Below, one piece after another: positions 25,380 through 37,497 of a DNA stretch of 64,000 bases. The first letter of the stretch is position 1; each line of letters starts with the position of its first letter. A program made the translations under genes and the position numbers. The notes beneath the pieces were generated by a model. That model worked only from the letters and a program-made list of their open reading frames with translations. It was not told the DNA's origin and ran no database searches. Origin of the DNA: Tubiluchus corallicola (taxonomy: Eukaryota; Animalia; Priapulida); assembly GCA_030141605.1 (NCBI GenBank), contig JAQGDQ010000061.1:686757-750756 (forward strand), read 5' to 3'.

Positions 25380-26450
25380 AGCTTGCCGGAATTGAAGTTA
25401 ATCGTGTGTCTTCAATTTTCACCCAGTTGCCCGGGTCTTCGTTACAGCTGAAAACTACATTACTGACGTTTAAGTATGTCATTTCCAAGGCTTCACTGCT
25501 GATCAGCATGTCCAGTACAAGGCTCACACTGTGCTTCCCAAAGTCAGAAGTCTTGGAAGTCCTAATTTATCGACCCTTGTATAAACAACAGACACTGATA
25601 AATTAGATCCCGGTGCTGTTTAAAAGTACAAGACCTTCGTCACACGATTCGTACTAGATGAAGTTAATTCTACCCCTGCTTTTATTTTGGATGGCGGTTC
25701 CATTCTCAGACAAGCTTACATCCTTTTCCGTCTCCCCAGTTTGTACTAATCGCGAATACTGTTACAAAAACGCCTGTTACGAATGATGGTTGCATGCTAT
25801 CCGAAAATTTTTTTAGGCCTACAAATTTGTCGAGTCCGTCACACGGAAGGTTAAAAGCATCACGGGGCTGCCCCTGGTGGAAAAGTCAGTCGATTCTGGC
25901 ATGGCTTTCAAGCGCTTCCCACACTTTTCCGTGACGAGAATTCGACTTATTGGTAAATGAAAGCAACGTGCGTCCGGCGGTGATGTTTTCACTAATATTT
26001 CGCATACAGCATGGCTAAAGGCGGTGCGTGGTCAGCCAAAACGCGAACTGTTTATCAACCATAATTCAGTTCCACATGAGCAAGCTATTTTGGAATTTCG
26101 CAGTCGTAGGTTAAACTGCAGACAGCTAGATTGATGAATTTATTAAGTTTTTCAGACTGAAAGATCAAAGTTCACATTCTTATGGAAGACTGTATGGAAG
26201 AATGTGCGATTTGTCTTATAAATTTGACACAATCACTGGCAGCGCAATACAAACTTGGCTGAAGTGTTCATAATCTTAGCAACACGCAACCAATTAGGGA
26301 AGTGATAACCGTATTTAAGAATTTTTAAATTTGCCAGCTACTTTGCACGGGAAGTTTTTTAAGTTTTTTTCATCAAGCACTTAATTTATCTTATCAGATT
26401 TTCTTATCGAAAATCCTCGTTTTTGTTAAATTTAAATTTGTGTTCTAAAT
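25380..26450 (+). mobile_element. Highly decayed LINE reverse transcriptase fossil
   Basis: Ordered remnants FKYVISKA (~FxDxSKAF), CFPKSEVLEVLIY (~GVPQGSVLGPLLF), MKL and NLPATL..FFK (~WNxLP..FK). Many stops. Confidence 0.3.
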
Positions 26451-28310
26451 TATTTTGCTATTTTGCAGTTACTCTACACAGTATTTTACCTTTGTTATCG
26501 TACATATGATAACGTATAATATTGTTCAGTGCTCATTTTTATATGCATTAATTGTGCATATCACGACATAGATTTCATAAATTCAAAGTAAGAATTTTCA
26601 GTTAAGGATGCTAGGGCTTATTTGCTGTGAGGGTTAAACATTTTTAAATGCCTGCAGCCTAGTAATATCAACGGTATTACCAACATAATAATTTTGTTCT
26701 TACGATTTGTACATTTCATATATATATAGCCATGTTGTTTTTGTAACTTGGTCTGGCCTTACGAGTGTATAATATGCATAAATGACTAGGTTTTATCTGC
26801 ATTAAATGTGGGTCAATTTATAACAAATTAACGCACTTTATCTCTATCACTAAATAATGTCCGTACATGTTGCTAAAAGAACTTGCCAAGAAGCTAGCCA
26901 GGCACTACTTTTGTGACAGAATTTAAAACTTATCTTTACAAAGAAGCCACTTCCCTTAATGAAAAATATAACATGGACAAAGTAATGGTTTTTGAGCTGA
27001 CTTCTAGTGGTTTTTATATACACAAATATTACAATTTTAGGCTTTATCTACAACAGTTAACAGCATACAGTGTACAGAGAACGCAGGCGTGTTAACTTTA
27101 GCTGGTTTATAGGTAATGTTACCTTATAATATTTTTATATTAATTAATCTATATACTAATCCATATGTATTTGCAGGCTGCGTGTTTATTGCTTTTAATT
27201 TCTAATTCCTCGTTTGGTAATGTGTATGTATAGGCCGGCAATAAATGTGTTTATACGTTAGGATTTATGTATGTAAAATATATTTATCCATTTCAATGTT
27301 AATGCATTTTATTTTTTAAATATCTAATAATTGCTAAAATTTTGTTTAGGGAGTGGGATTAGATGGCCGACTCAAACAGTCATCCCTCTTGGTAACAGTA
27401 GATTGCACTAGGGTAACATGACAAAAAAGTAAGCTAATGCCTGGGTGAGGTTATATATTACACAAGATCATGCCACTCCTTATACACATGTGTAACACAC
27501 ATGTAGCAACATCAGACTAATAATGTATGTCACAAGTTCAAAATCAACCCAAGGCAGATCTCAAGATTTAGACAAGTTAGTCCGCTTTCTTGTGGCAAAA
27601 GGCAATTTAGTTAGTTTTGTTATGTGCAGACTAACAAGTTTTGAAAAAAGAGAACTTTTCTTTTTAAAGGTGCTAAATAAATTATTATGAGGAATGAATG
27701 TTACAAAGTCTTATCACAACACTATTAACTAGAATGAGTGAAAAATGTATACAAGTGAAAACAAATATTAAAATAGTTCTAATAGATTACATACCGATCT
27801 GTCTTTTCCACCTACTAACAGCTGCATTAAGAGACAACACAAAGTTGTTAACAATGCATAGGTGAGTTGTTTATGCAATTATAATCATAAAGCAAAGTTT
27901 AGACTATAGCGACTACTGCACTTAAAATTTCGAAAATCAATGTTAATGTTTATTATGTGAATTTGCACCAAGCTCTCATTGTATTAGTTAGGCAACTATT
28001 TGTGAAAATGAAATTGGGCTATAAATTTGAATTTGGAAGGTAAGAAAAGTGAAAGTAAGCTACAAACGAATTTTAGAACAGCAAAACTATTAATTTAGAA
28101 CTGCAAAACCCTTTTCATTTATTTCAAAATAAGTTACCAACTTTGGAGACTCCACACACATCAATCCATACCCTATATACGTCTTCACACATACACAAAA
28201 CATCGTACGAGCAAGCACATGCATGTACATTAACTCATAGGTAACATAATCAATCAAACATCAAATTAGCTTTAATAAATAAAAGGAGCAAAAGGTCTTT
28301 AAATACCAAC

Positions 28311-29510
28311 CTTTTGGCATCTGATGGCATCACCAGGTAACCACTGAATGGCCACCCCATTTCCTTCGAAACATTCTCTAATGTTCTGTGTGAACATCAT
28401 GCGTATATATTTCAAAGGGTACACACACAAAGCCGACTGATCGGTCGGGATATCGGTATATTCCAGATCGGGGGTGCGTTGTAAACTCTTCGAGAACACC
28501 ACAAAGAGCACATCATCTTCAGCAGACATATTCAACGAGTAGAACTTGCTAAAACTCTTTGCTAGATCTACTCCTGCTCTGCCCACATAGCCAGCATTGG
28601 CAAGGTTATACTCTCCACACTGCAATGGCACTTCCGTGAAAGACCAATAATTCTTATCCCGCTCACAAATGCGCACAAGTTTTGATATAAATGGACTACT
28701 GGAATCAGGCGTGGATGACACCTTCATTCCTTGCACTGTTAGCAAATAACTAAAACCGTCAGAACTGAAACCGTATTTGTAATGTATAGGATACAACCTA
28801 CGCACGTCTTTATTGAATATGGAAAGAGATGATTTAGAAGATATACCCGTGTAAATGAGCTCAAATAATGAGTCGGGCTCAAGGGACCGACTGCTAACTT
28901 GTGGAACTAATTCTCGATAATCAACCTTCGGTTCAGACCCAGTTGAAGTATAACTGGTACCTACCACAAGCACCTGATTAGTTTTTTGAGGAGAAAATGT
29001 ACTTGAGGGACCAGGTGCAATAAATGCAACTGTTGACGCTGTTTTATTGTTGGCAGCGATATAGTACCATTCATCACCCTCTTTTGGGTACAGTTTTTCT
29101 GATATATTTCGTAAGCTGCGAACTTCACATACACCTTGGAATAAAGTACCACACACTAAGAGGCGATCTCTTTCCTTGTCTATCACAAGAACTTTGTTGT
29201 AGTTATCTGTGGGCACTCTAACCTTATCACACGGTCCCTTTCCAGGACACTCAGCGTTGTCAGAGTGCGGACCGGTCTCGATGGACAACCTTTTCCGCAA
29301 ATTTTCACTGAGTTCAAAAAGCCGATTCTTCGCACCAATAAACAGTCGCCCATTGGTCGTGTCTTGGGCCATGTGACTGAATTCATGGGTTTCATCCGAA
29401 AAGGAGTTCACAATTACATCGGCCTGACACTGCCGAATGAGAAACGAAAGGACAATCAGCAGTGCCATCCAGTGAAGGATTAGATAATCTTTTGTGATCA
29501 TCCTCATCAT
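28311..29510 (-). CDS. PlexB: Plexin coding exon 1: signal peptide and most of the Sema domain (400 aa)
   Basis: Hydrophobic leader, then Sema motifs GRLFIGAKNRLFELS, DNYNKVLVID, LLVCGTLFQGVCEVRSL, ISKLVRICERDKNYWSFTEVPLQC, SALCVYPLKYIR. Acceptor TTTGTTTTAG at 29535/29534 (exon starts 29533); donor AAG|GTTGGT, phase 0. Confidence 0.97.
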
Positions 29511-30704
29511 TGCGCATTTCTTAATTTTTTTATCTAAAACAAATACAGAAAATTAATAAATCATAAGTTTACATACAGTAGTACCAAGTAAATCTCGTTT
29601 GTCAGTAATTCAAATTCAGAAACAGCTACATGACATATATCTGTTATTCAAACAAAAACACAATAATAGCAGTGTTAAAGTGTCATTTCATCGCAGAAAA
29701 TTGAAATTTTGCACAACTGCATAAAATAACTGTTTTAACACAAATAATGATGGCTTTGGTTTAAAATGAAAAATTGATCTCAACTGGCTAAGCTGTTGAC
29801 AGACATGACAGTTTACTAAACTAAAGTAGGACTATTGATGTGATGACAATATTACCCACTTGTAAATATATATATATATATATGTGCACTAATAAAACTG
29901 CTATCGGATAGAAGACTTAAGTAACAAAACCAGTGACAGTCAGTGAAGATAATGCTGAGCACTTATATTCCAGATGGCTGCACAGCTTGACAAAGTCAAA
30001 GAAACGCCTCATAACATACGACTAGCTGTGGAATCGAACACACAACTGTACAGATGGAAAGCAGTGCGTCATGGATTAGATTAATCTATTCCCGGAAACA
30101 TTCTCGCGTTTTTACTGTACGTAGTGTGATTTCAACTGACGTTGCTGAAGGCAATAATATCAGATTTACAATTTTTTATTCTTTTTACTGTCAAAGTGGG
30201 TTGAGCCGAGGCAGTAAAGCTGCTTCAATCTAAACGTGCTCGCATTTTATGAGGTGCAACATCAAATACTACAAAAAGGCTCGGCCTATGCCGCTGGAAT
30301 GCGGGAAAACTTGTCTGCTTGCGAGACATTGTAAACAGATCACTCCAACGCATATCCTGTATACATGAGCATCACATGACTTAGAGCAAAAATTAATGAA
30401 TTTACAAAACATTACAGAACACTGCTGACTGTAAGGTAACAGAGAAGGAAGCTTAAAGCCGTATTTATATCTCAGACATGCTAAATAAACAAGAATAATA
30501 AAAGCGCTTTCTCTTGGTAGATTTTAGAAGTATTATATAAGCACTAAGCAGGCGTCGTTTTTATAGGGGTAGACACTAGTACAGTATAGTTTACTTCTTT
30601 TAGTAAATAAGCTGTTATAACATAGACACATACATATAATTACATACATGTATCCCTACATAAAAGTTCTCCTTTAAACAAGACAAAATCAATACTCTTA
30701 TTAT

Positions 30705-30815
30705 TGACGTTTAGGCTACAACCCATAAAGGTTCTGGGTTCGAATGCTGGATGATTAAATTTTTCAGAGCCTTCCTTCTACCTTTGACTGTTGATTATAT
30801 GTCGCTTTGGAAGCG
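30705..30815 (+). mobile_element. Degenerate SINE fragment
   Basis: B-box context GTTCTGGGTTCGAAT followed by TATATGTCGCTTTGGAAGCG, which resembles the L2/SINE 3' tail GTCGCTYTGGATAAAAGCG. Confidence 0.4.
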
Positions 30816-33800
30816 AATCTTTGGTTGCCATTTCAGTCTCAGGAAAAACCTTTCCAGTTTTATAATTTATTTCACATTAATTTATAAATTGCCTAAGCCT
30901 GAGCAAGCACAATTCGAAATTAGCTGGTCTACTTCTAAATGTGCGTGACAAAACTAAGCCAACTATTGATTAGGCCTACTGATATCAGCAACAGCAAACG
31001 CGAATATCAACAGGTTTCTACGGCTAAATGTTACTACTATCTCCTCTCTCGGGAGTCGACAAGCACATCATCTGCCCACAGAAGAAATTTTATCCAATTC
31101 ACAGTGGTCAAGTTCCTCAGCTGTACACATGGCATATCCATAGGGGGCTAGCATGGGGCAGAGGAAGTGGAACACTGACAAAACCACCAGCCATACGTCT
31201 ACGCAGCAATCTGTCCACCACGAGTTCAGATCAATAATAGACATGTCTAACTGTATATACAGACCCAGATACCCAGCGCGACTCTGACCGATATCTGTCA
31301 AACCAAACTGGCGGCTCTCAAAAAGAAAACCCTCACTCAAACACTTCAACATGCCAAGCAAAAATATACAAAACAGGCAAATTCGTAGCCAAACATCATG
31401 GCCGATTCGGTTCTTTCCATTCCACACTTGGTGGAGACTAGAGCACCAATTTTGTCAAGATTGCAAGCAGCAAGTATGTGCATAACAAAATTATGAGGTC
31501 AACCAATTGTAACCAGACAAAACTTTCCTCCACAATTTTTATTTTCAAATTACGGATGCCATAGTAAATACAAATGATGGATGACAGGCACTGATCTGTT
31601 TGAGGATTTAGTTCCTTGCTGTCATTAATGGCACACAGTGGTAGGCACAACCTTCGTATTAATCAAAGCTATATAATTTTACTGTTTACATTTACTCACG
31701 CATAAAATGTATATATTTATTTTTGTACCTAATAAATATTAATAATAATAATAAATCTACTAACCAATCTAGGTATTATAATCGTATAACGATTATTATG
31801 AGGCATTATTATGTAGCAACGTTCCACCACTCACAACTGAACACATGAAAATTAACCTAGAAAAATTACCCAAAATTGGAATATTTGCCCCCGCGTAGAA
31901 GGCAAAGGAGAAAGACAGTGATTTGTAACCTGCCACCCACAGTAAGTTCAAAGTAAACTCCAATGCATTCTCAAACCATTATCACCTATGTGCGACCGAT
32001 TATGCTGTGTACTTTTTTGCAGATTTGCATGCTAAATTATTACCCTTTCGCGGAACTAATCTTCGCATTTTCATGGAGGAATATAAATTGAGACACCACG
32101 TCGACAAAATTGGTATGTTTCAAAAAAGAGAATCGACTTTTGATGAAAAGAAGAACCGGTCTTATATGGCAAAATTGCCACAAATTGCCATACAGTGAAC
32201 TAACAATTACTGGGCTATACAGTGCCAACTGCCAAGCCGGTCATGGAATGCCAAAGGATGAAACCGAATCACCGAAAACGTCATTTCAGCCACTGATTTC
32301 CACCCCGCGTTGATTTATGAGCAAGTCGAATTGGCTCAAATAAAGGATTACAGTTTTAATAACAGTGAGAATAAAATTGATAGCGTTATCAAACTCTCAA
32401 GGTCGCTAAAATTACTGGTTTGAACAAGCAGAAAAATTCGGACAAAGAACTTATATGTGGGTCACCCTTCTCTCTTTTTTGTGGAAAACTGAAAATACAC
32501 ATGTTTTGGTAATCTGAAATATATGCAAGGATTGATTTAAGCCAGAGGACATTAATTATAGCCCACTGTTGGTTATTACTGGATTTACATAGAAGCAAAG
32601 TCAGTTTTACAGCGCTCCATTATAATGCATTTAAATACAGTTATTCAAATTTAACACTATAATCTTCGGAAAAAAACTGGGGTCAGGGGCTACAGCAAAT
32701 ACCAACGCCGTGATAATATGAAACAGCTCGAAACTGAAATTACTCAAGACTGACTCAAGTCAAGAAAGTAGGACAGGTATTTTACACTCTAGTAGCTTTT
32801 AAATGGTAAGCACTAAGCACCGGCCAGTACATCCGTGTGATCACACTACACGCAAACGTGACATTGATAAACTGAAACAAATCATGATTGATATTTCATG
32901 TGATTTAATTAAAGTACAATTACGTCCATCATACACATTTTGTAACAGTAACAATAAAAGTACTAATTTCTAAAGCATAAACACTATGCAGGACATACTT
33001 GTATAGTGTCATCTATTCCCCGTTTCAGCTATGAACCAAAAAATGCATATGAAATGCAGAAAAATGCACAACTTTGGCATTCTTTTTACTGAAGCAGTGT
33101 TCTTGTCAATTTTGTGGAATGTAATCGACAAGCAAAATTTATTTCATGTCCGCGTTTATAACATACAAAACAGTAGATTTGAAGCTAACATTTCCGACAA
33201 TACACTAAATCAATATTAGCCCAAGAATAAATAGATAAAATGCACCCACACAATTTTAAACACTACTGTACCCAAAATTGGTTAATTATATATATGGCTA
33301 CACAAGTTAACGAATAATGACACCGTGTTAACCAGCTAGAAAGTTAAGAAGTAGAATACAAAATAACTTCTGTAAAATAAATTGTGCTTCCATCCAATCA
33401 AACAACATGGACAACATTGAATAAAGAATTAATTTGCTCAGTTTGTTTTTATTTAATCTGGAAATAGATTTAATCAGTTCTAGACTTATAATCTCTCGAA
33501 GTACGAATGAACTCATAATCTTAAAAAAAGGAACTAAATATCTGTGCACACACATGAACATGAAAATTTCGCCATGAAATACGGTAAACAAAATTTTGTA
33601 ACTAAGTCAGTGCAGTGTACCTCTAATCAGCAAAATGTAAACATACTAACCACACCTTTATACATCCATATTTAGCCTACGAACAATGTCTTATTTGGTA
33701 AAACACGCCAATTTTTACTTTTAATATCAGAAACTCATTCACAACACAAATGAAATGTCTTCACGTATCAACTTGAATGAGCGCACTAATAAACCACTCG

Positions 33801-34897
33801 GTTAAGCGAGCAGTAGCACGATAGAATGCGTAGGGGCAGCGCAACGCCGCAACCGGTTTGTACATGGTATTGTAGCCTCAACATCAGCTGCATTACCAAC
33901 ATGTGTAGAGGGGCTCTGGAGGTTTCACCCAGTTTCCGACGCGACGGCTGACGTCACGAGAAACGGAGGCTTTCAACTTGAATTTGTTAATCTTCACCGA
34001 AGCTTTAGGATAACCCAAAAAAGACTAACTTTAGGAAATAATTTTAGATTGTCATGTTTTTTGAAATAACCAATTAACGAATGTTTTCGTTACAGTATCT
34101 TTATGAGCAAATTGGTCAAACGGTTTAGATTGCTTGTATCAGATTACTTACTCTCGTACTCGTGATAATTATTATAATCGTTTAACCCACACTGACGGTC
34201 TTTTAGCAAATAGAAATACTTAAAAGTGTTTTTTAGTGTTGTTCAAAGATTTCAATATCAAAATAAAGTTATTTTTCTTAATAACATGACTTATAAACAC
34301 TTTAGCGGACAGTTTATAGATGCTGCACTGCAATGGAACTTAAGACTGCTTTCATGCCATGAATAATAAAAGTGTCTATAAAGCAGTAAAATGCCTGCTA
34401 TGCGATTTCAACTTTCAAAACGACTTGAAGTGAGGTATCTCAGTGCGATAAATTAATCAAACTAGACTACCCCGCCAATATAAAAAATATGACAGAAAGT
34501 TGCTGCCAAGTTTTATAATGGCAAACACGCGAAATAGGCTTGTATGTCAAACATGTCAAACATTAGTAAGTCACCAGTGAGCCACTACATAACTTGACAT
34601 TCCAGACTGAATGGCTGTTGCAATACTATTGCATAAACTGTGGCTGAGTTATTGCAACGTAAGGCTTAATTGTTTGAGCGACAAACTTGTCAAATTAATC
34701 ACTGAAGCAGTGCATTTATTAACATCTCTAGCAATACAAAAATTATTATAGCATAAATCAGTTTTTTAAGATGTTCGACAACGGTTGTTCAATAATACGC
34801 AAATTAGCGTGGCTGAGACTATTTTTCAGTACTTTTGAATTTGATAAGAATGAACGGGAAAACAGGTATCTTGTTGCCTTAGCAGATGTACATCTGA

Positions 34898-35027
34898 GAA
34901 AAACGTTTTTAGCACCTACACTGTTGCTACCTTGCTTACTCAAATTTGAATGGTTTACACTTGTGAAAAAAACGTTTATAGGACCTATACTGTTGCTACC
35001 TTGATTACTCATATTTGAATGGTTTAC
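34898..35027. repeat. Tandem ~68-bp duplication
   Basis: AAAAACGTTT.TAG.ACCTA.ACTGTTGCTACCTTG.TTACTCA.ATTTGAATGGTTTAC twice. Confidence 0.85.
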
Positions 35028-35634
35028 TATCTCCATTTATTCTCGGCAGGATAACCGTGAATCAAAATGTGAAAAATTGACACAGACATCGTCGAAGAAA
35101 ATGCAATTCCAATTTTCCATTCAATTCCTTTGTGCAAGCGATTTAAGCAACGATCTTAATCTTGAAGTCCATAGAACAAGTTCGCTGATGTAAAAATTAT
35201 GCATGCACGGCATGTAATCGCCACGGATTCGCAAGCTTACAGCAGCAACTAAATCGAGTTTTGTAAATTTCATACGAGGAATCATGATTTATGAATTTTT
35301 CGTCCGTGAACAAGCTGCAACGTGCAGACCGGGAAATGAGGATTTGCAACTGCCAGGAATCCGCTTATTGTGTTTCTATACTCAGTGGTTAAGAAGAGCA
35401 TTTGTTAAAAATTTGCAGTTTTTTCGTCAACAATCAGCGAGTGAGTGCATATCCAACTCATAGTAGATTCAAAGGAGTGAACACATCAGAAAAGAATTAA
35501 ATTTTCAGTCTAAAGGTAGTAGACTTAACAATACGTACACGGTCCCTCGCAACGCTTTCTGCGGGTTCTGCAGCGTGTTATTAACACAACCTTTCCTTAT
35601 GTTCGAAACTGGTGTGAGGAAATAAACTACTGTC

Positions 35635-36165
35635 TAGTTATGCCTATATACCTATGTTTGTCTATGGCTTGGTCTATGCCCATGTCCATGAACACCTCCA
35701 GTAAATTTACGTCTATGCCAAGTCGAAGTCTATACTATGTCTACGTCCATGTCTAAGCAAAAATTTACGTCTATGTCTATATCTATATCTAAGTTTGTGC
35801 TCTAGGTCTACGTCTGTGTCTTTGTATGTATGTACATAAATTCCTATGCTATGTCCATGTACACGTAAAGCCTAAGTTTACGTATATGCCCATATCTAAG
35901 TCAGTGTTATGTCTGTGTCTATGTCTATGTCTTTGTATGTATGTATACAGATTCCTATGCTATGTCCATGTACACGTAAAGCCTAAGTTTACGTATATGC
36001 CCATATCTAACTCAGTGTTATGTCTGTGTCTATGTCTATGTCTTTGTATGTATGTACATAGATTCCTATGCTATGTCCATGTACACGTTAAGCCTAAGTT
36101 CACGTATATACCCATATCTAAGTCAGTGCTTTATGTCAATGTTTATGTCTACGTCTGTATCTAGC
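35635..36165. repeat. 111-bp satellite (~3 near-identical units) built from diverged TATGTC hexamers
   Basis: ORF 35826-36164 repeats with a 37-aa period; an older, more diverged hexamer-based region lies at 35635-35815. Confidence 0.92.
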
Positions 36166-37413
36166 TCAGGCTGCTGATCAAAAGTAATGAATCATTTATA
36201 ACTCGCTTTGCATCACAAATGGGTTAATTACATTGGCTTGAATGATTATAAGAGTTAATATGCTGCGTGTTTTGGCCACATAAATATATCACAGTATGTA
36301 GGTATACAGGACGGTTTTATATGATATTAGATTAAATTTTACAGAATACAAATGTAGAACAATTATAATGAAAGCAATTTTTAAACTGAAACTGTTATGC
36401 AGGAGGCAGGAGCCGCAAGCGATCAAGAGACCAAAGGTTCTAGTGGTCAAGATATTCAACCTGTGGTGTCTTCAAATGGTGTGCCCGAAGTTCATTAAGC
36501 CAAAGTCTGCTTTCGAAAAAGTAATAATTGTGGATTACTTCCGATTTCCAAGACCGTGCGTGGTGCAAATAAATTTTAATTTTATGTAAAAATTGAGCCA
36601 ACAAGGATAATACGTAGCTCCTTGAATCTAAAAAAAACTGATGACAAGTAACACTCTAAACTTTCTTTTTTTGCTCGAGGCTATTATAGATCACTAATAC
36701 AAACTCCCATGGAGAGACTTCACGCAAGAAATTTATGTCTGTCGTGTTAAGATAAACGTGTCGTGAAGATAGAATAATAAAGACCAACCACTGATTATGA
36801 TCAATACAATACACAGCTAGACACCCAGGGGTGGGATTAATGGATAATTGCAGTCGCGAATATATCCTTGAAGAAAGATGTGTGCCGGAATAATGATCTA
36901 ACCGCTTTATACTTCAACAGGCTGCTGAGGGGCAAGCACTGAAGTAGTATATCATTCCCTCTGTAACACTGAACTCGTGTAAATTGGTGTGAGCTCCACA
37001 TAATGATGACTATAGTCAAAAGTAAAAACAAGTGTTTGCGCTTCAAAATTTTATATACCGGTGTTGCAACAGTCCAATTCGACTATTAGCTAACAAACAC
37101 AGCTGCAAAAGTCACGTCACTTTGTGGGGTCCATCTGTACTGAAGAAATTTGAGAAACTTGCGTGTGGCCTTCAGATTAGTACAATCTGCCCAAACTATT
37201 AAAAACTTACAAAAACAATATACACACAATAAATCTTTCCAAAAACCAATATTTCACACAAGAATTGACAGTAACATATCGATGGACAAGATTAAATTTC
37301 TTTTTTTATACAGTTAGGCATACAACAAAATGGAATTCAACGCTAAATAACAAGGTTTACTTAACGTTAGGTGGTAGCGGCAGGACCAGAGTCTAGTCCA
37401 TTTTCAAGAATAA

Positions 37414-37497
37414 TCACCTGAGATGGGACACTGAACCAGCAAAGGAGTTTCACTTACGTTCGGTTGCTAAGCCGACACTGTAACCACTCGACTATTC
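37414..37497 (-). mobile_element. tRNA-like SINE head
   Basis: Reverse strand ATAGTCGAGTGGTTA (A box), TCGG..CCGA stem, GCTGGTTCAGTGTCCC (degenerate B box). Confidence 0.4.

Larger units (their letters stand above)
501..29533 (-). other. PlexB: Plexin-B-like gene, 5' portion: 15 coding exons in window, continuing beyond the left edge
   Basis: Hand-spliced exons give one continuous ~1030-aa frame with all GT-AG introns. Domain order is signal peptide, Sema, PSI, TIG, PSI, TIG, PSI, IPT, IPT. Segments CNWCRSKHRCTHDIASYCRDDHIITGLSVPGRSNRPGPDFCP and LQITLAQTLDIKIDHFP resemble invertebrate Plexin-B as I recall it; subfamily needs phylogenetic confirmation. Confidence 0.9.

Noticed and set aside
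28305-28310. Alternative exon 1 donor 4 nt downstream (GTTG|GTATTT)
   Set aside because: It would break the frame with exon 2; the AAG|GTTGGT donor gives the continuous CQK-SPL reading.
35826-36164. 112-aa Cys/His-rich repeat protein
   Set aside because: Translation of a 111-bp satellite; no splice or coding evidence.
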